From: an uncultured Actinomycetes bacterium | GTDB taxonomy: Bacteria; Actinomycetota; UBA4738; JBBDTT01 | Assembly (NCBI GenBank): GCA_963742735.1 | Contig: CAVUMN010000004.1 | Span: 128,001-192,000 of the forward strand | Direction of reading: 5' to 3' | Length of the DNA stretch: 64,000 bases | In this document: in pieces, positions 46,716 through 56,168 of the stretch | Layout of the letters: the number at the start of each line of letters is the position of its first letter | How positions within the stretch are numbered: position 1 is the first letter of the stretch | Notes under the pieces: generated by a model | Database searches by the model: none | Told to the model about the DNA's origin: nothing | The model's input: the letters and a program-made list of their open reading frames with translations, nothing else | Position numbers and translations under genes: made by a program

Positions 46716-47866
46716 GCCCCGATGTACTGCTTCACGTCGATGCCGGCCTGCTCCAGGTTCAGCTGGAAGTCGTGGCGGTTCGAGGCCGCGTCCAGCGCGT
46801 CGGGGATGAGCACCATGCCCTTCAGGACCAGGCTCAGCAGCGACTGGTCGAACGTCTGCATGCCGTAGAACTCGCCCTCGCGGATCAGGTCCTGGATGCC
46901 GGCGGTCCGCAGGGGGTCGACGATGAGGTCGGCGGTGCGGCCGGTGTTCACCATGATCTCGACGGCGGGGACGCGGCCGCCCTCGGCCCGGGGCATCAGG
47001 CGCTGGCACAGGATCCCGCGCAGCGCGCCGGCCAGCGCGACCCGGATCTGCTGCTGCTGGAAGGCCGGGAAGAAGTCGACGATGCGGTTCACGGTCTCGG
47101 TCGCGTCGATGGTGTGCAGCGTGGACAGGACCAGGTGGCCGGTCTCGGCGGCGGCGAGCGCGGCCTGGACCGTCTCGGGGTCGCGCATCTCCCCGACCAG
47201 GATGACGTCGGGGTCCTGGCGCATGGCCGCGCGCATGGCCGTATGGAAGCTCTCCGTATCGACCCCGACCTCGCGCTGGTTGACGGTCGCCTCCCGGTCC
47301 GGGTGCAGGACTTCGATCGGGTCCTCGATGGTGAGGATGTGCACGGGCTTGGACGCGTTGATGTGGTCGATCATCGCGGCGAGGGTCGTGGTCTTGCCCG
47401 ACCCGGTGGGCCCCGTGACCAGGATCAGGCCGCGAGGCTCCTCGGAGAGCTGGCGGATGACCGGCGGAAGCCCGAGGTCCTCGAAGGAGGGGCTCCCGAC
47501 GCGCACCAACCGGCAGACGAACGTGATCGCGCCGCGCTGGCGGAAGGCGTTGATGCGGAACCGTCCGAGCTCCGACAGCGTGTACGCGAAGTCGGCCTCG
47601 TTGCGCTCGAGGAAGTTCTCCCACCGGCCCGCCGGCATCATCGTCTTGAGGGCCCGCTCGAGCTCCTCGTCGGTGACCGGCTCCTCGCCCTCCAGCCGGG
47701 CCAGCACGCCGTCGATGCGGAACGTGGGCGCGGTCCCGACCTTCATGTGCAGGTCGGACCCGCCCTCCTGGAACAGGACGTTCAGAAGCTCGTCGATATC
47801 CCGGGTTCCGCTCCCGGTCCGAACCGGCGCCGGGGCGGCCTGGTCCTCGTTGCCGTCGTCAGCCAC
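46712..47866 (-). CDS. pilT: Type IV pilus retraction ATPase PilT/PilU
   Basis: SDLH, GPTGSGKTT, TIEDPIE, RQDPDVILVGEMRD, AETGHLVLSTLHT, GMQTFD. Confidence 0.92.
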   Translation of the reverse strand: MADDGNEDQAAPAPVRTGSGTRDIDELLNVLFQEGGSDLHMKVGTAPTFRIDGVLARLEGEEPVTDEELERALKTMMPAGRWENFLERNEADFAYTLSELGRFRINAFRQRGAITFVCRLVRVGSPSFEDLGLPPVIRQLSEEPRGLILVTGPTGSGKTTTLAAMIDHINASKPVHILTIEDPIEVLHPDREATVNQREVGVDTESFHTAMRAAMRQDPDVILVGEMRDPETVQAALAAAETGHLVLSTLHTIDATETVNRIVDFFPAFQQQQIRVALAGALRGILCQRLMPRAEGGRVPAVEIMVNTGRTADLIVDPLRTAGIQDLIREGEFYGMQTFDQSLLSLVLKGMVLIPDALDAASNRHDFQLNLEQAGIDVKQYIGA

Positions 47867-47908
47867 GTGACCTCCTGTACCAAGGATAGCCCTCGGACGG
47901 CGGCCGGC

Positions 47909-49150
47909 CTACCTTGAGCCGGGAGGGGTCTCCGTGCGCCGGATGGCCTCCAGCCGCTCCTCGATGAAGAGCTCGTTGACGGCGATCTTGATGATCGCCG
48001 CGATGGGCAGGGCGAGCAGCGACCCGAGGATCCCCGCCAGCGACCCGCCGATGAGCACCGCGATGATCACGGCGCCCGGCGACATGTCGATGGCCTTCTT
48101 CATCACCCGGGGCTGGATCACGTAGTTCTCCAGCTGCTGGTAGGCGATGAACACGACCGCGGTGACGATCGCGATCGTGTTGCCCTTGGCGAGGAACGCG
48201 ATGAGCGTGATCGCCACGAGCCCCAGCAGCGCTCCGATGGTGGGGATGAGGTCGAACAGGGCCATCCCGAACCCCAGGGCGGCCCCGTAAGGGATCCCGA
48301 GGACCAACGCGAAGACAAACGTGAAGACGCCGGCGATGCCGCTCGTGGCCAGGTTGCCGACCACGTACCCGCCCACCCGGTCGATGGACTCCTCGAGAAT
48401 CTCGTCGAAGTCCTCGCGTTGTTCGCGCCTGAGCAACCGGGCGATGCCGCGCTTCATGCTCGGGAGGCGGATCGAGATGATCGCGGTCAGGATCATCACG
48501 GTCAGGAAGTTGAAGATCAGCGAGGTGAACGACTTCACCAGGCCCAGTGCGGCGCTGGGGACCTCGTCGGCAAAGTCCGCGAGCTTCGCCTGCAGGTCGA
48601 ACTGCTCATTGAGGCGGCCGATGATGCTCGCCTTGCCTTCCGCGGACTCCAGGTAGTCGGTCGAGAGCTTCTCGACCAGCCCGCCGACCTCTCGAACGAT
48701 GGCCGGGATCACCAGGGCCAGGAACGCCACGATCACGAGCAACGCCACGACGAGGATGATCGTCACCGCCCAGCCCCGTTTCATGCCGCGGCGGACGAGC
48801 GCCTTGATCGAGGGCTGCATCCCCAGACCGAGGACGAACGAGATCACCAGCAGGACAAGGACGTCGATGATCTGGACGATCGCCAGATACAGGATCCCAA
48901 CCAGAACGAAGGCCGTCGCGACCTTCATCCAGTAGACCATCGGGGGCCAGAAGCCGGATCGGGCGACACCGCTGGCGATGGGGGTCGGGAACTCGGAGGC
49001 GATGCCCGGCTCGATCAGGCCCTCAGGCGTCTCGGCAATCGTGACCCGCGGGGCCCGCTTGCGGGTCGCCGCCTTCTTCGCCGGTGCCTTCCTGGCCGGT
49101 GCCTTCCTGGCCGGAGCCTTCTTGCTTCTCGCGGGAGCTGCCTTCGCCAT
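47909..49150 (-). CDS. AI-2E family transporter
   Basis: Multi-TM; LIPTIG, YQQLENYVIQP, GSLLALP; basic KAPA-repeat N-terminus. Confidence 0.9.
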   Translation of the reverse strand: MAKAAPARSKKAPARKAPARKAPAKKAATRKRAPRVTIAETPEGLIEPGIASEFPTPIASGVARSGFWPPMVYWMKVATAFVLVGILYLAIVQIIDVLVLLVISFVLGLGMQPSIKALVRRGMKRGWAVTIILVVALLVIVAFLALVIPAIVREVGGLVEKLSTDYLESAEGKASIIGRLNEQFDLQAKLADFADEVPSAALGLVKSFTSLIFNFLTVMILTAIISIRLPSMKRGIARLLRREQREDFDEILEESIDRVGGYVVGNLATSGIAGVFTFVFALVLGIPYGAALGFGMALFDLIPTIGALLGLVAITLIAFLAKGNTIAIVTAVVFIAYQQLENYVIQPRVMKKAIDMSPGAVIIAVLIGGSLAGILGSLLALPIAAIIKIAVNELFIEERLEAIRRTETPPGSR

Positions 49151-49186
49151 GCGCGAAGTCTCGCCGTTCGCCGGATCGAATGCCAG

Positions 49187-50176
49187 TTACACCGCGAAGC
49201 GGACGTGGAGGATGTCGCCCTCTCGGACCTCGTAGTCCTTGCCCTCGACGCGGAGCTTGCCGGCGTGCTTCGCGGCGTCCCACGAGCCGGCCGCGACCAG
49301 ATCGTCGTAGGTCACCACCTCGGCGCGGATGAATCCTCGCTCCAGGTCGGTGTGGATGACGCCGGCCGCCTCGGGGGCGTGGGCGCCGCGGCGGACCTCC
49401 CAGGCCCGGGTCTCGTCCTCGCCGGTCGTCAGGAACGTGATCAGGTCGAGCGCGCGGTAGCAGGCCTCGATGACCTTGGGCAGTCCCGGCTCGGTCACCC
49501 CGAACTCGGCCAGGAGGGCGGCGCCCTCGTCCGGGTCCATCTCGGCGACCTCGGCCTCGATCGCGGCGTAGACGCCGATGGCGTCGGGCGGGAGGCCCTC
49601 GGGCATCGCGGCACCCTCCTCCAGGTTCGCCACGGGGATGCGCGGCTTCAGGGTGAGGGGGGCGTAGCCGCGCAGGACCTTCTCGTCCTCGCCGGCAAAC
49701 CCCTCGTCGCGCAGCGGGCGTTCGGCGTCCAGGGCGGCGGCCGCGCGCTCGAGGACCTCCACCTCGTGCTTCGCGGCGGCGTCCGCTCCCCGGCTCTGGG
49801 CGCGCTTGCGGGCCCGCTCCAGGCCGCCCTCGATCGCGGCCAGGTCTGCCACCAGCAGGTCCGCGTCGATCTCGGCGAGCTCCTTCACGGGATCGGAGTC
49901 GGCGCCGAAGGCGCGCAGGACGGCGGCCAGCGAGTCGGACTCGCGGAGCGCGGCCAGCCCCTGTGCGGTCGTCCCGCCGGGCACATCCATGAACCCGACC
50001 TGCGCCGCGACGACCTTCTTCGAGCGCTCGATGCCGGCCAGGACCTCCAGCCGCGGATCGGGCACCTCGACCACGGCCTGGTTCGCCCGGCCGCCCACGG
50101 CACCGGTTCGCGTCAGCGCCGTGAACAGCGTGGACTTGCCCGAGTACGGGAGCCCGACGAGCCCGACATCCTTCAC
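49187..50176 (-). CDS. ychF: YchF-like Obg-family ATPase
   Basis: GLPYSGKST, VPDPRL, AAGVIHTDLERGFIRAEV, EGKDY; shortened G domain. Confidence 0.85.
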   Translation of the reverse strand: MKDVGLVGLPYSGKSTLFTALTRTGAVGGRANQAVVEVPDPRLEVLAGIERSKKVVAAQVGFMDVPGGTTAQGLAALRESDSLAAVLRAFGADSDPVKELAEIDADLLVADLAAIEGGLERARKRAQSRGADAAAKHEVEVLERAAAALDAERPLRDEGFAGEDEKVLRGYAPLTLKPRIPVANLEEGAAMPEGLPPDAIGVYAAIEAEVAEMDPDEGAALLAEFGVTEPGLPKVIEACYRALDLITFLTTGEDETRAWEVRRGAHAPEAAGVIHTDLERGFIRAEVVTYDDLVAAGSWDAAKHAGKLRVEGKDYEVREGDILHVRFAV

Positions 50177-50202
50177 GCGGCCGAGCCTACAATCGCGAGG
50201 CG

Positions 50203-50559
50203 ATGGCCAAGACGACCAAGCTCAAGGCCCTGCCCAAGGCGGAGGAGCGCCAGCCCGTCCGGCTCACCTCGAGCCGCATCCTGGTGAAGCGGCCGGACGA
50301 GGAGGGTGAGCGCCGCTCCAAGGGAGGACTGCTGATCCCCGCGACGGCGGCCAGCGTCTCTCGCAAGCTGACCTGGGGCGAGGTCGCCGCGGTCGGCCCG
50401 GAGGTCCGCAGCATCGAGCCCGGCGACCGCGTGCTGTTCCTGCCGGAGACCGGCTTCGAGGTCGAGATCCACGACGAGGAGTACCTGCTGCTCCGCGAAC
50501 GGGACATCCACGCCCTGGCCAGCGACCGCATCGAGACCCAGAACGGCCTGTACCTCTAG
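50203..50559 (+). CDS. groES: Co-chaperonin GroES family
   Basis: GGLLIP, AVGP, GDRVLF, LLRERDIHA. Confidence 0.88.
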   Translation: MAKTTKLKALPKAEERQPVRLTSSRILVKRPDEEGERRSKGGLLIPATAASVSRKLTWGEVAAVGPEVRSIEPGDRVLFLPETGFEVEIHDEEYLLLRERDIHALASDRIETQNGLYL

Positions 50560-50750
50560 GCCTCCTTCAGGCCCATTCGGTAGAGGCGGGTGTTGCGGTC
50601 GTCGTCGTGCAGGGCGACCTCCTCGAACCCCTGGGCGACCAGATCCTGCCACGCGGTGCCCAGCCAGGCCTCCGCGGCTTCCTTGTCCGGGAACCGCTGG
50701 GAGCGCCGTCGCTCCTCACCGGACCGGTCGAGGTACCGCCACGTGAACAC
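50556..50750 (-). CDS. Small conserved hypothetical protein
   Basis: AEAWLGTAWQDL...YRMGL pattern of small actinobacterial proteins. Confidence 0.65.
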   Translation of the reverse strand: MFTWRYLDRSGEERRRSQRFPDKEAAEAWLGTAWQDLVAQGFEEVALHDDDRNTRLYRMGLKEA

Positions 50751-50867
50751 TGTCGAACGCTCCCTGGATCGCGGAAGGGCGCTGGTAGCATAGGGCGCTC
50801 GCAGGTCGATACGTCCGATTCGTCGAAGTGCTCAAGGCCTCGCCCCCAACCTGCCGAGGAACCCCAC

Positions 50868-52016
50868 ATGACCCGAACCGCCATCCGCGTCGCCGTCGTC
50901 GTCGCCCTCCTCGCGGGGGTCATCGGCCTGTCCGCGTCCCCGGCGCTCGCGTTCAGCGACGTCCCCGGCAACTTCTGGGCGAAGACGGCGATCGAGTACG
51001 TCGCGGTGGCCCACGACTGGATGCTCGACTTCGGAACCGACACGTTCAAGCCCGAGGCCATCGAGACGAAACGCCGCTTCGCGAGCGCGCTCGTGAAGGC
51101 GTTCGATCCCAACGGGACCATCGATCCCACGATCACGTTCGCCGACGTCCCCACGACGGACCCGTTCTATCGCTACGCGAACATCGCGGTGAAGCACGGA
51201 TGGATGACGATGACCGCCGACCGGAACTTCAAGCCGGCGAACGGAGTCACCACGAACATGTCCCACCGCGGCCTGGTTCTCGCCCTCGACCTGCAGCCCG
51301 AGGTCGACGGGCTCCTGGCGATCCACACCGCCGACGGCCCGATCTCGGTGGACGCCACCCGCTTCCCGTACATGGTCCTGGGCATGCAGCTCGGCCTCCG
51401 CTACAACCACGCGGACGAGACGCAGGACGTGATGCCGGGCACCACGCTGCACCGCGACGAGGTGGCGTACTCGCTGTGGAAGGCGTCGACCGTCGCGCAG
51501 TGGCAGCTCGACAAGCTGATCCCCTACCGGACGATCTCGCTGCCGCACCTGACCGCCGACAAGCTCAAGATCGCCGAGTTCGGCTTCAAGTACGCCGGCT
51601 ACCCCTACCTGTGGGCGGGCGAGTGGCACGTCAAGACGTCCTCCGGGTACTGCTGCGGCACCCAGCCGATGGGCGGGTTCGACTGCTCGGGCCTGATGTG
51701 GTGGACCCTGAAGAAGGCGGCCGGCGGCTACGACCCAACCCCCGTGCGGGGCTACACGGGCTGGAACCTGCCCGAGCGATCGTCGGCCTCGATGGCCGCG
51801 GTCGGCACGCGCCTGACCTACGCCCAGACCTTGCCGGGGGACCTGATGTTCCACGACTCCGCGAGCAACCCGGACAAGGTCTCGCACGTCAACGTGTACC
51901 TGGGCAACGGATGGGCGCTGGACTCGTCGAGCAGCGCCGGAGGCGTGAGCGTCATCAAGGTCGACTCCGGCTACTACTACGACCACCACCTGTGGTCGCG
52001 CCGCCTCACCGCCTAG
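50868..52016 (+). CDS. NlpC/P60 peptidase with SLH-like domains
   Basis: Signal peptide; FSDVPGNFWA, FADV; YPYLWAG, FDCSGL, SHV. Confidence 0.9.
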   Translation: MTRTAIRVAVVVALLAGVIGLSASPALAFSDVPGNFWAKTAIEYVAVAHDWMLDFGTDTFKPEAIETKRRFASALVKAFDPNGTIDPTITFADVPTTDPFYRYANIAVKHGWMTMTADRNFKPANGVTTNMSHRGLVLALDLQPEVDGLLAIHTADGPISVDATRFPYMVLGMQLGLRYNHADETQDVMPGTTLHRDEVAYSLWKASTVAQWQLDKLIPYRTISLPHLTADKLKIAEFGFKYAGYPYLWAGEWHVKTSSGYCCGTQPMGGFDCSGLMWWTLKKAAGGYDPTPVRGYTGWNLPERSSASMAAVGTRLTYAQTLPGDLMFHDSASNPDKVSHVNVYLGNGWALDSSSSAGGVSVIKVDSGYYYDHHLWSRRLTA

Positions 52017-52378
52017 CCGCCCAGGACCCGCTCCACGCAGGAGAGCAGCTCGCCCATGCTGAACGGGCGGCGGAGCTCGGCGTCCACGGGCACCAGCGCG
52101 AGCTTGCCGGTCTCGCCCTGGCCGGCCATGAACACGATGACCTTGGTGTCCCCGATCTTGGGGTCCTCGCGGATCTCCTTGAGGGTCTCCCAGCCGTCGG
52201 TGTCGGGAAGCTCGGCGTCCAGGAGCACCAGGTCGTAGCCGCCCTCCCGGAGCGCGTCGAGGCCCTTGGGGCCCGAGTCGGCCTCGTGGACGTCGTACCC
52301 CTCGAGCTGCAGGCGCAGGACGGGTTGGCGCATGTGCTCGGGCCGATGATCGATGAGCAGCAGCTTCCCCTTGCCCAT
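52013..52378 (-). CDS. Single-domain response regulator
   Basis: LLLID, DLVLLDAELPDTDGW. Confidence 0.85.
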   Translation of the reverse strand: MGKGKLLLIDHRPEHMRQPVLRLQLEGYDVHEADSGPKGLDALREGGYDLVLLDAELPDTDGWETLKEIREDPKIGDTKVIVFMAGQGETGKLALVPVDAELRRPFSMGELLSCVERVLGG

Positions 52379-52453
52379 GCCACCAAGCCGATTCCCTGCC
52401 GGCCCTCCTCGAAACGCGACACTACTCCCTCCCACCGACACGAGAGACGCGGG

Positions 52454-52483
52454 TTGACGGGGTCGCGGGAGGTCGCCTAGCCT
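52454..52483 (+). promoter_or_regulatory. Sigma-A promoter
   Basis: TTGACG-18 nt-TAGCCT upstream of the NlpC/P60 gene. Confidence 0.55.
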
Positions 52484-52499
52484 GGGGGTCCGGGCTGCC

Positions 52500-53525
52500 A
52501 TGGCGGCCCGTTTTCATATGCCGATCCGTCGCGGAACGCCCACCCGGCTGCTCGCGATCGCCGTCGCGGCGTTCGTGTGCTTCGCGCTCGCCGCCCCCGG
52601 CACCCTTGCCCGCCCCAGCCCGCAGGACCTCGAGAACGCCAAGGGCGAGCTCGACGCGCTGAACGAGCGCCTGTCCGCGCTGGTCGAGGAGTACGACGCG
52701 GCCGCCCTGAAGGTGGCCGAGCTCGAGCGAAGGCTCTCCGACCTGAAGTCGACCGCCGACCGGGCCAAGCGCCTGTCCGCCCGGTCGCGCGACCTGCTCG
52801 CCCAACGAGCCCGGCAGGCGTACACCCAGGGCGGGGCCAACATCTTCATGCTCCTGGACTCCTCGTCGTTCGCGGAGTTCTCGGAACGGCTCGAGTTCCT
52901 GGACCAGATGAGCGAGAGCGACGCGGACCTCGCCATCCGCGCCCAGGTCGAACGCGAGGCCGCGCAGCGCGCCGGGTCCGAGCTCGCCGACGCCCTGGAC
53001 GCGCAGCGGGCCGAGGCCAACCGGCTGGCCGCGCGCAAGGCCGACATCGAGCGGGGCGTCGCCCAGGCGAACGCCCTGGTCGAGCGGATCGAGCGGGAGC
53101 TGAACCGGCCGCTCGTGGTCAAGCCGTCTCCGGTCTCATCGGGCGACTTCCCCTCGCTGCCGGACGCCTCACCCGGCGCGCAGGCGGCGATCCAGGCCGC
53201 GTACTCGGTGATCGGTACGCCGTACCAGTGGGGCGGCGCGAGCCCCGAGTCGGGATTCGACTGCTCGGGCTTGACGATGTGGTCGTGGGCCCACGGCGGC
53301 GTCTCGCTGCCGCACTCCTCGGCGGCCCAGTACTCGGCGTTGCCCCACGTCTCCCGCGACGACCTGCAGCCGGGCGACCTGCTGTTCTTCTACACGCCGA
53401 TCCATCACGTGGGCATGTATGTCGGCGGCGGGCAGATGATCCACTCGCCGCACACCGGGTCCTACGTGCAGGTCGGCGCCGTGTACTGGGACGACTACGT
53501 CGGGGCCGGCCGGCCGGGCGTCTAG
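52500..53525 (+). CDS. Coiled-coil NlpC/P60 (C40) peptidoglycan endopeptidase
   Basis: Signal peptide, coiled coil, PYQWGG, FDCSGL, HHVG, MIHSP; start may be 52518. Confidence 0.92.
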   Translation: MAARFHMPIRRGTPTRLLAIAVAAFVCFALAAPGTLARPSPQDLENAKGELDALNERLSALVEEYDAAALKVAELERRLSDLKSTADRAKRLSARSRDLLAQRARQAYTQGGANIFMLLDSSSFAEFSERLEFLDQMSESDADLAIRAQVEREAAQRAGSELADALDAQRAEANRLAARKADIERGVAQANALVERIERELNRPLVVKPSPVSSGDFPSLPDASPGAQAAIQAAYSVIGTPYQWGGASPESGFDCSGLTMWSWAHGGVSLPHSSAAQYSALPHVSRDDLQPGDLLFFYTPIHHVGMYVGGGQMIHSPHTGSYVQVGAVYWDDYVGAGRPGV

Positions 53526-53761
53526 CTGCCGAGCGAGTCGCTCAGCCGGTCGACCTGAACCCCCTGCTCGATGAGCCAAGCCACGGCGTCGCCGATGGCC
53601 TGTTCGGTGCCCTCCAGCTCCAGGATGACCCAGCCGAAGCGCTCCTCGACGTTCGCGCGGCGGATGTTCGTCACCACGTCGAAGGTCTTGCCGACCTCGT
53701 AGATCAGGGGGCGCTGGATGAGCCCCTCGGGGAAGGTGAGGTGGAACCGGCCGCCGCTCAC
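53522..53761 (-). CDS. NIL domain protein
   Basis: HLTFP, VVTNIRRANV, GWVILELEG; GTGA overlap. Confidence 0.85.
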   Translation of the reverse strand: MSGGRFHLTFPEGLIQRPLIYEVGKTFDVVTNIRRANVEERFGWVILELEGTEQAIGDAVAWLIEQGVQVDRLSDSLGS

Positions 53762-54561
53762 GGGTTCAGGCTCCCCGAGCGGAAGCCCTCCAGGTCCATC
53801 GTGACGAACCGGTAGCCGAGGGCCTTCAGCTCCTTCACGATCGCCTCCCGCGCCTCGGGCTCGGCCAGCCGGGGCAGGTCCGCCGGGTCCACCTCGATGC
53901 GCGCGGTCTCGCCGTGGTCGCGCACGCGAACCTGCCCGAACCCCAGGGCCTTCAGGGCCGTCTCGGCCCGGCCCACGCGCGCGAGTCCCTCGGTCGTGAT
54001 CGTGATCCCGTAGGCGAACCGCGAGCTTAGGCACGCGGAGGCCGGCTTGTCCCACGTGGGCAGGTCCAGCTCCCGCGAGACCTCGCGGACGTCGGCCTTG
54101 CGGAACCCGGCCTGGACGAGCGGCTCGATCACGCCCCGCTCCGCCGCGGCGCGCAGGCCGGGGCGGACGTCGCTCAGGTCGTCCAGGTTCGTCCCCGATG
54201 CGATCGCCGGGAGCCCCTCCTGCCGGGCCACGCCGGCGAGGACCCCGTACAGCTCGGCCTTGCAGTGGTAGCACCGGTCGGGGCCGTTCGCCCGGTAGGC
54301 CTCGACGTCGAGCTCGGCCGTTCGCACCGTCCGGTGACGAACCCCGATCCGCTCGGCAAAGCTGCGCGCGCCGCGAAGCTCGCCCGGCGGGAGCGACGGC
54401 GACACGGCGGTCACGGCCAGGGCCCGGTCGCCGTGGACCCGGCCGGCGACGGCGGCGACCAGCGCCGAGTCGGCGCCGCCCGAGAACGCCACGACGACGC
54501 CGTCCGGAGCACGGATCGCGTCCTCCAGACGCCGCAGCTTGGCCCTCACCTCGACTGCCAC
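53758..54561 (-). CDS. larE: ATP-dependent sulfur transferase LarE-like
   Basis: AFSGGADS PP-loop, RCYHCK, RPGLRA, KPASACLSSR, QVRVRDH. Confidence 0.9.
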   Translation of the reverse strand: MAVEVRAKLRRLEDAIRAPDGVVVAFSGGADSALVAAVAGRVHGDRALAVTAVSPSLPPGELRGARSFAERIGVRHRTVRTAELDVEAYRANGPDRCYHCKAELYGVLAGVARQEGLPAIASGTNLDDLSDVRPGLRAAAERGVIEPLVQAGFRKADVREVSRELDLPTWDKPASACLSSRFAYGITITTEGLARVGRAETALKALGFGQVRVRDHGETARIEVDPADLPRLAEPEAREAIVKELKALGYRFVTMDLEGFRSGSLNP

Positions 54562-54646
54562 AGGACGATTGTGGCCCGGGCTCCGCGTCTCGTCCAAGGG
54601 GGCGTTGCTACAATCGGCCCCCGCTCAACCCGTAGAGGGAATCTGA

Positions 54647-55408
54647 GTGAACCTTCGCGACTACCTCCTGGTCATCCGCCGCCGGAAATGGATCGGCATC
54701 ATCGTGCTGCTGGCCACCCTGGGAACCGCCGCGACCCTGACCACCCTGGCGACGCCGGTGTTCGAGGCGAAGGCCACCCTGTTCGTCGGCCCGCAGGCCT
54801 TCCGGGCCGAGGACGTGCCGGGAAGCGAGGCCGGACAGATCTCGACCTCGCTGGCGATCGCCGAGCGCCTCACCAAGACCTACGCGCGGATGATCGCGAC
54901 CAACACCACCGCGGAGCGCGCCGTCGAGGAGGGCCAGCTCAGGGTGCCCGCCGGATACGTCCTGTCCCACCTGACGGTGACCGCGATCGAGGACACGACG
55001 CTGATCGAGCTGCGGTCGCGCGACGCCGATCCCGCGCTGGCCCAGAACATGACGAACGCGGTCGCGATCTCGTTCGAGGAGCTCGCGGAGACTCTGACGC
55101 AGCCCCGCAACGACCGGGACGCCCCGGCCGCCGTCCCCGTGACCCTGTTCGACCGGGCCCTGCTGCCTCAGCGCCCCGTGGCCCCCAACCCCACCCGCAA
55201 TCTGGCCCTGGCGGCCGTCCTGGGCCTCGTGGTCGGCGTCGGGCTGATGTTCGCCTCCGAGTTCCTCGACGTGGTCGTCCGCGGGCCCGAGGACGTGGAG
55301 CGACTGGTGGCCCTGCCGGTGCTGGCCTTGATCCCCCGCATCGCCCGGGAGGACGTCCTCACCCGGCGGCAGAACGCCGCCCGCCAACGCATCAAAGCGG
55401 GGAGCTGA
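54647..55408 (+). CDS. Polysaccharide co-polymerase (CpsC/Wzz-like)
   Basis: Two TM segments, TPVFEAKATL, PVAPNPTRN, PVLALIP. Confidence 0.88.
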   Translation: MNLRDYLLVIRRRKWIGIIVLLATLGTAATLTTLATPVFEAKATLFVGPQAFRAEDVPGSEAGQISTSLAIAERLTKTYARMIATNTTAERAVEEGQLRVPAGYVLSHLTVTAIEDTTLIELRSRDADPALAQNMTNAVAISFEELAETLTQPRNDRDAPAAVPVTLFDRALLPQRPVAPNPTRNLALAAVLGLVVGVGLMFASEFLDVVVRGPEDVERLVALPVLALIPRIAREDVLTRRQNAARQRIKAGS

Positions 55409-55413
55409 CGCCG

Positions 55414-56166
55414 GTGTTCGGACGAGCGCCCCGTCTGCAGAACCTGTCCATGGTGAGGGTCTCGCAGCTGCGGGCGGACTCGGTCCCCGCCGAGATGTTT
55501 CGCACGCTTCGCACCAACCTGGCCTTCTCCCTGGTGGACCGGGAGCGGTCGGCGATCATCGTGACCTCTCCGCTCGCCGAGGAGGGCAAGACGCTCGTCG
55601 CCTCCCACCTGGGGCTCGCGTTCGCCCGGGCGGGGAAGCGGGTGGTGGTGGTGGACGCGGACTTCCGCCACCCCAGCCTGCATCAGTATCTCGACGTGCC
55701 GAACCGGATCGGGCTGTCCGAGGTTCTGCTCGGCGACGTGGCCCTGCCGGACGCGCTCCAGAAGCTGCAGATCGATGACGACCCCCCGGTCACGATGTTC
55801 GTCCTCACCACCGGACGGCGCCCGCCCAACCCGGCCGAGCTCCTCGGGTCCCGCCGGATGGCCACGACGGTCACCGCGCTGAAGGAGGCCGCCGAGCTGG
55901 TCATCGTGGACTGCCCACCGATCGTGCCCGTCACCGACGCGGGCGTGCTGGCCCCCGCCACCGACGGGGCCATCATCGTGGCGGCCTCGGGCGTGACCCG
56001 GCGCAACGCCCTGCAGCGGGCCGTGGAGCTCCTGGAGAAGACCGGGACGAACCTTCTCGGGGTCGTCATCAACCTGCTGTCCGGCTCCGATGCGTCCGGC
56101 TACTACTACGCGTATCCCTACCCGAAGTCGGCGCCGGCGCGAGAGCCCGCCGAGCGGATCGACTAG
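55414..56166 (+). CDS. BY-kinase CpsD/CapB
   Basis: EMFRTLRTNL, EEGKT, VDADFRHP, VIVDCPP, Tyr cluster YYYAYPY. Confidence 0.92.
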   Translation: MFGRAPRLQNLSMVRVSQLRADSVPAEMFRTLRTNLAFSLVDRERSAIIVTSPLAEEGKTLVASHLGLAFARAGKRVVVVDADFRHPSLHQYLDVPNRIGLSEVLLGDVALPDALQKLQIDDDPPVTMFVLTTGRRPPNPAELLGSRRMATTVTALKEAAELVIVDCPPIVPVTDAGVLAPATDGAIIVAASGVTRRNALQRAVELLEKTGTNLLGVVINLLSGSDASGYYYAYPYPKSAPAREPAERID

Positions 56167-56168
56167 GC

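Noticed and set aside
52380-52500. c-di-AMP riboswitch before the NlpC/P60 gene
   Set aside because: Promoter lies too close to the start and no consensus elements are present
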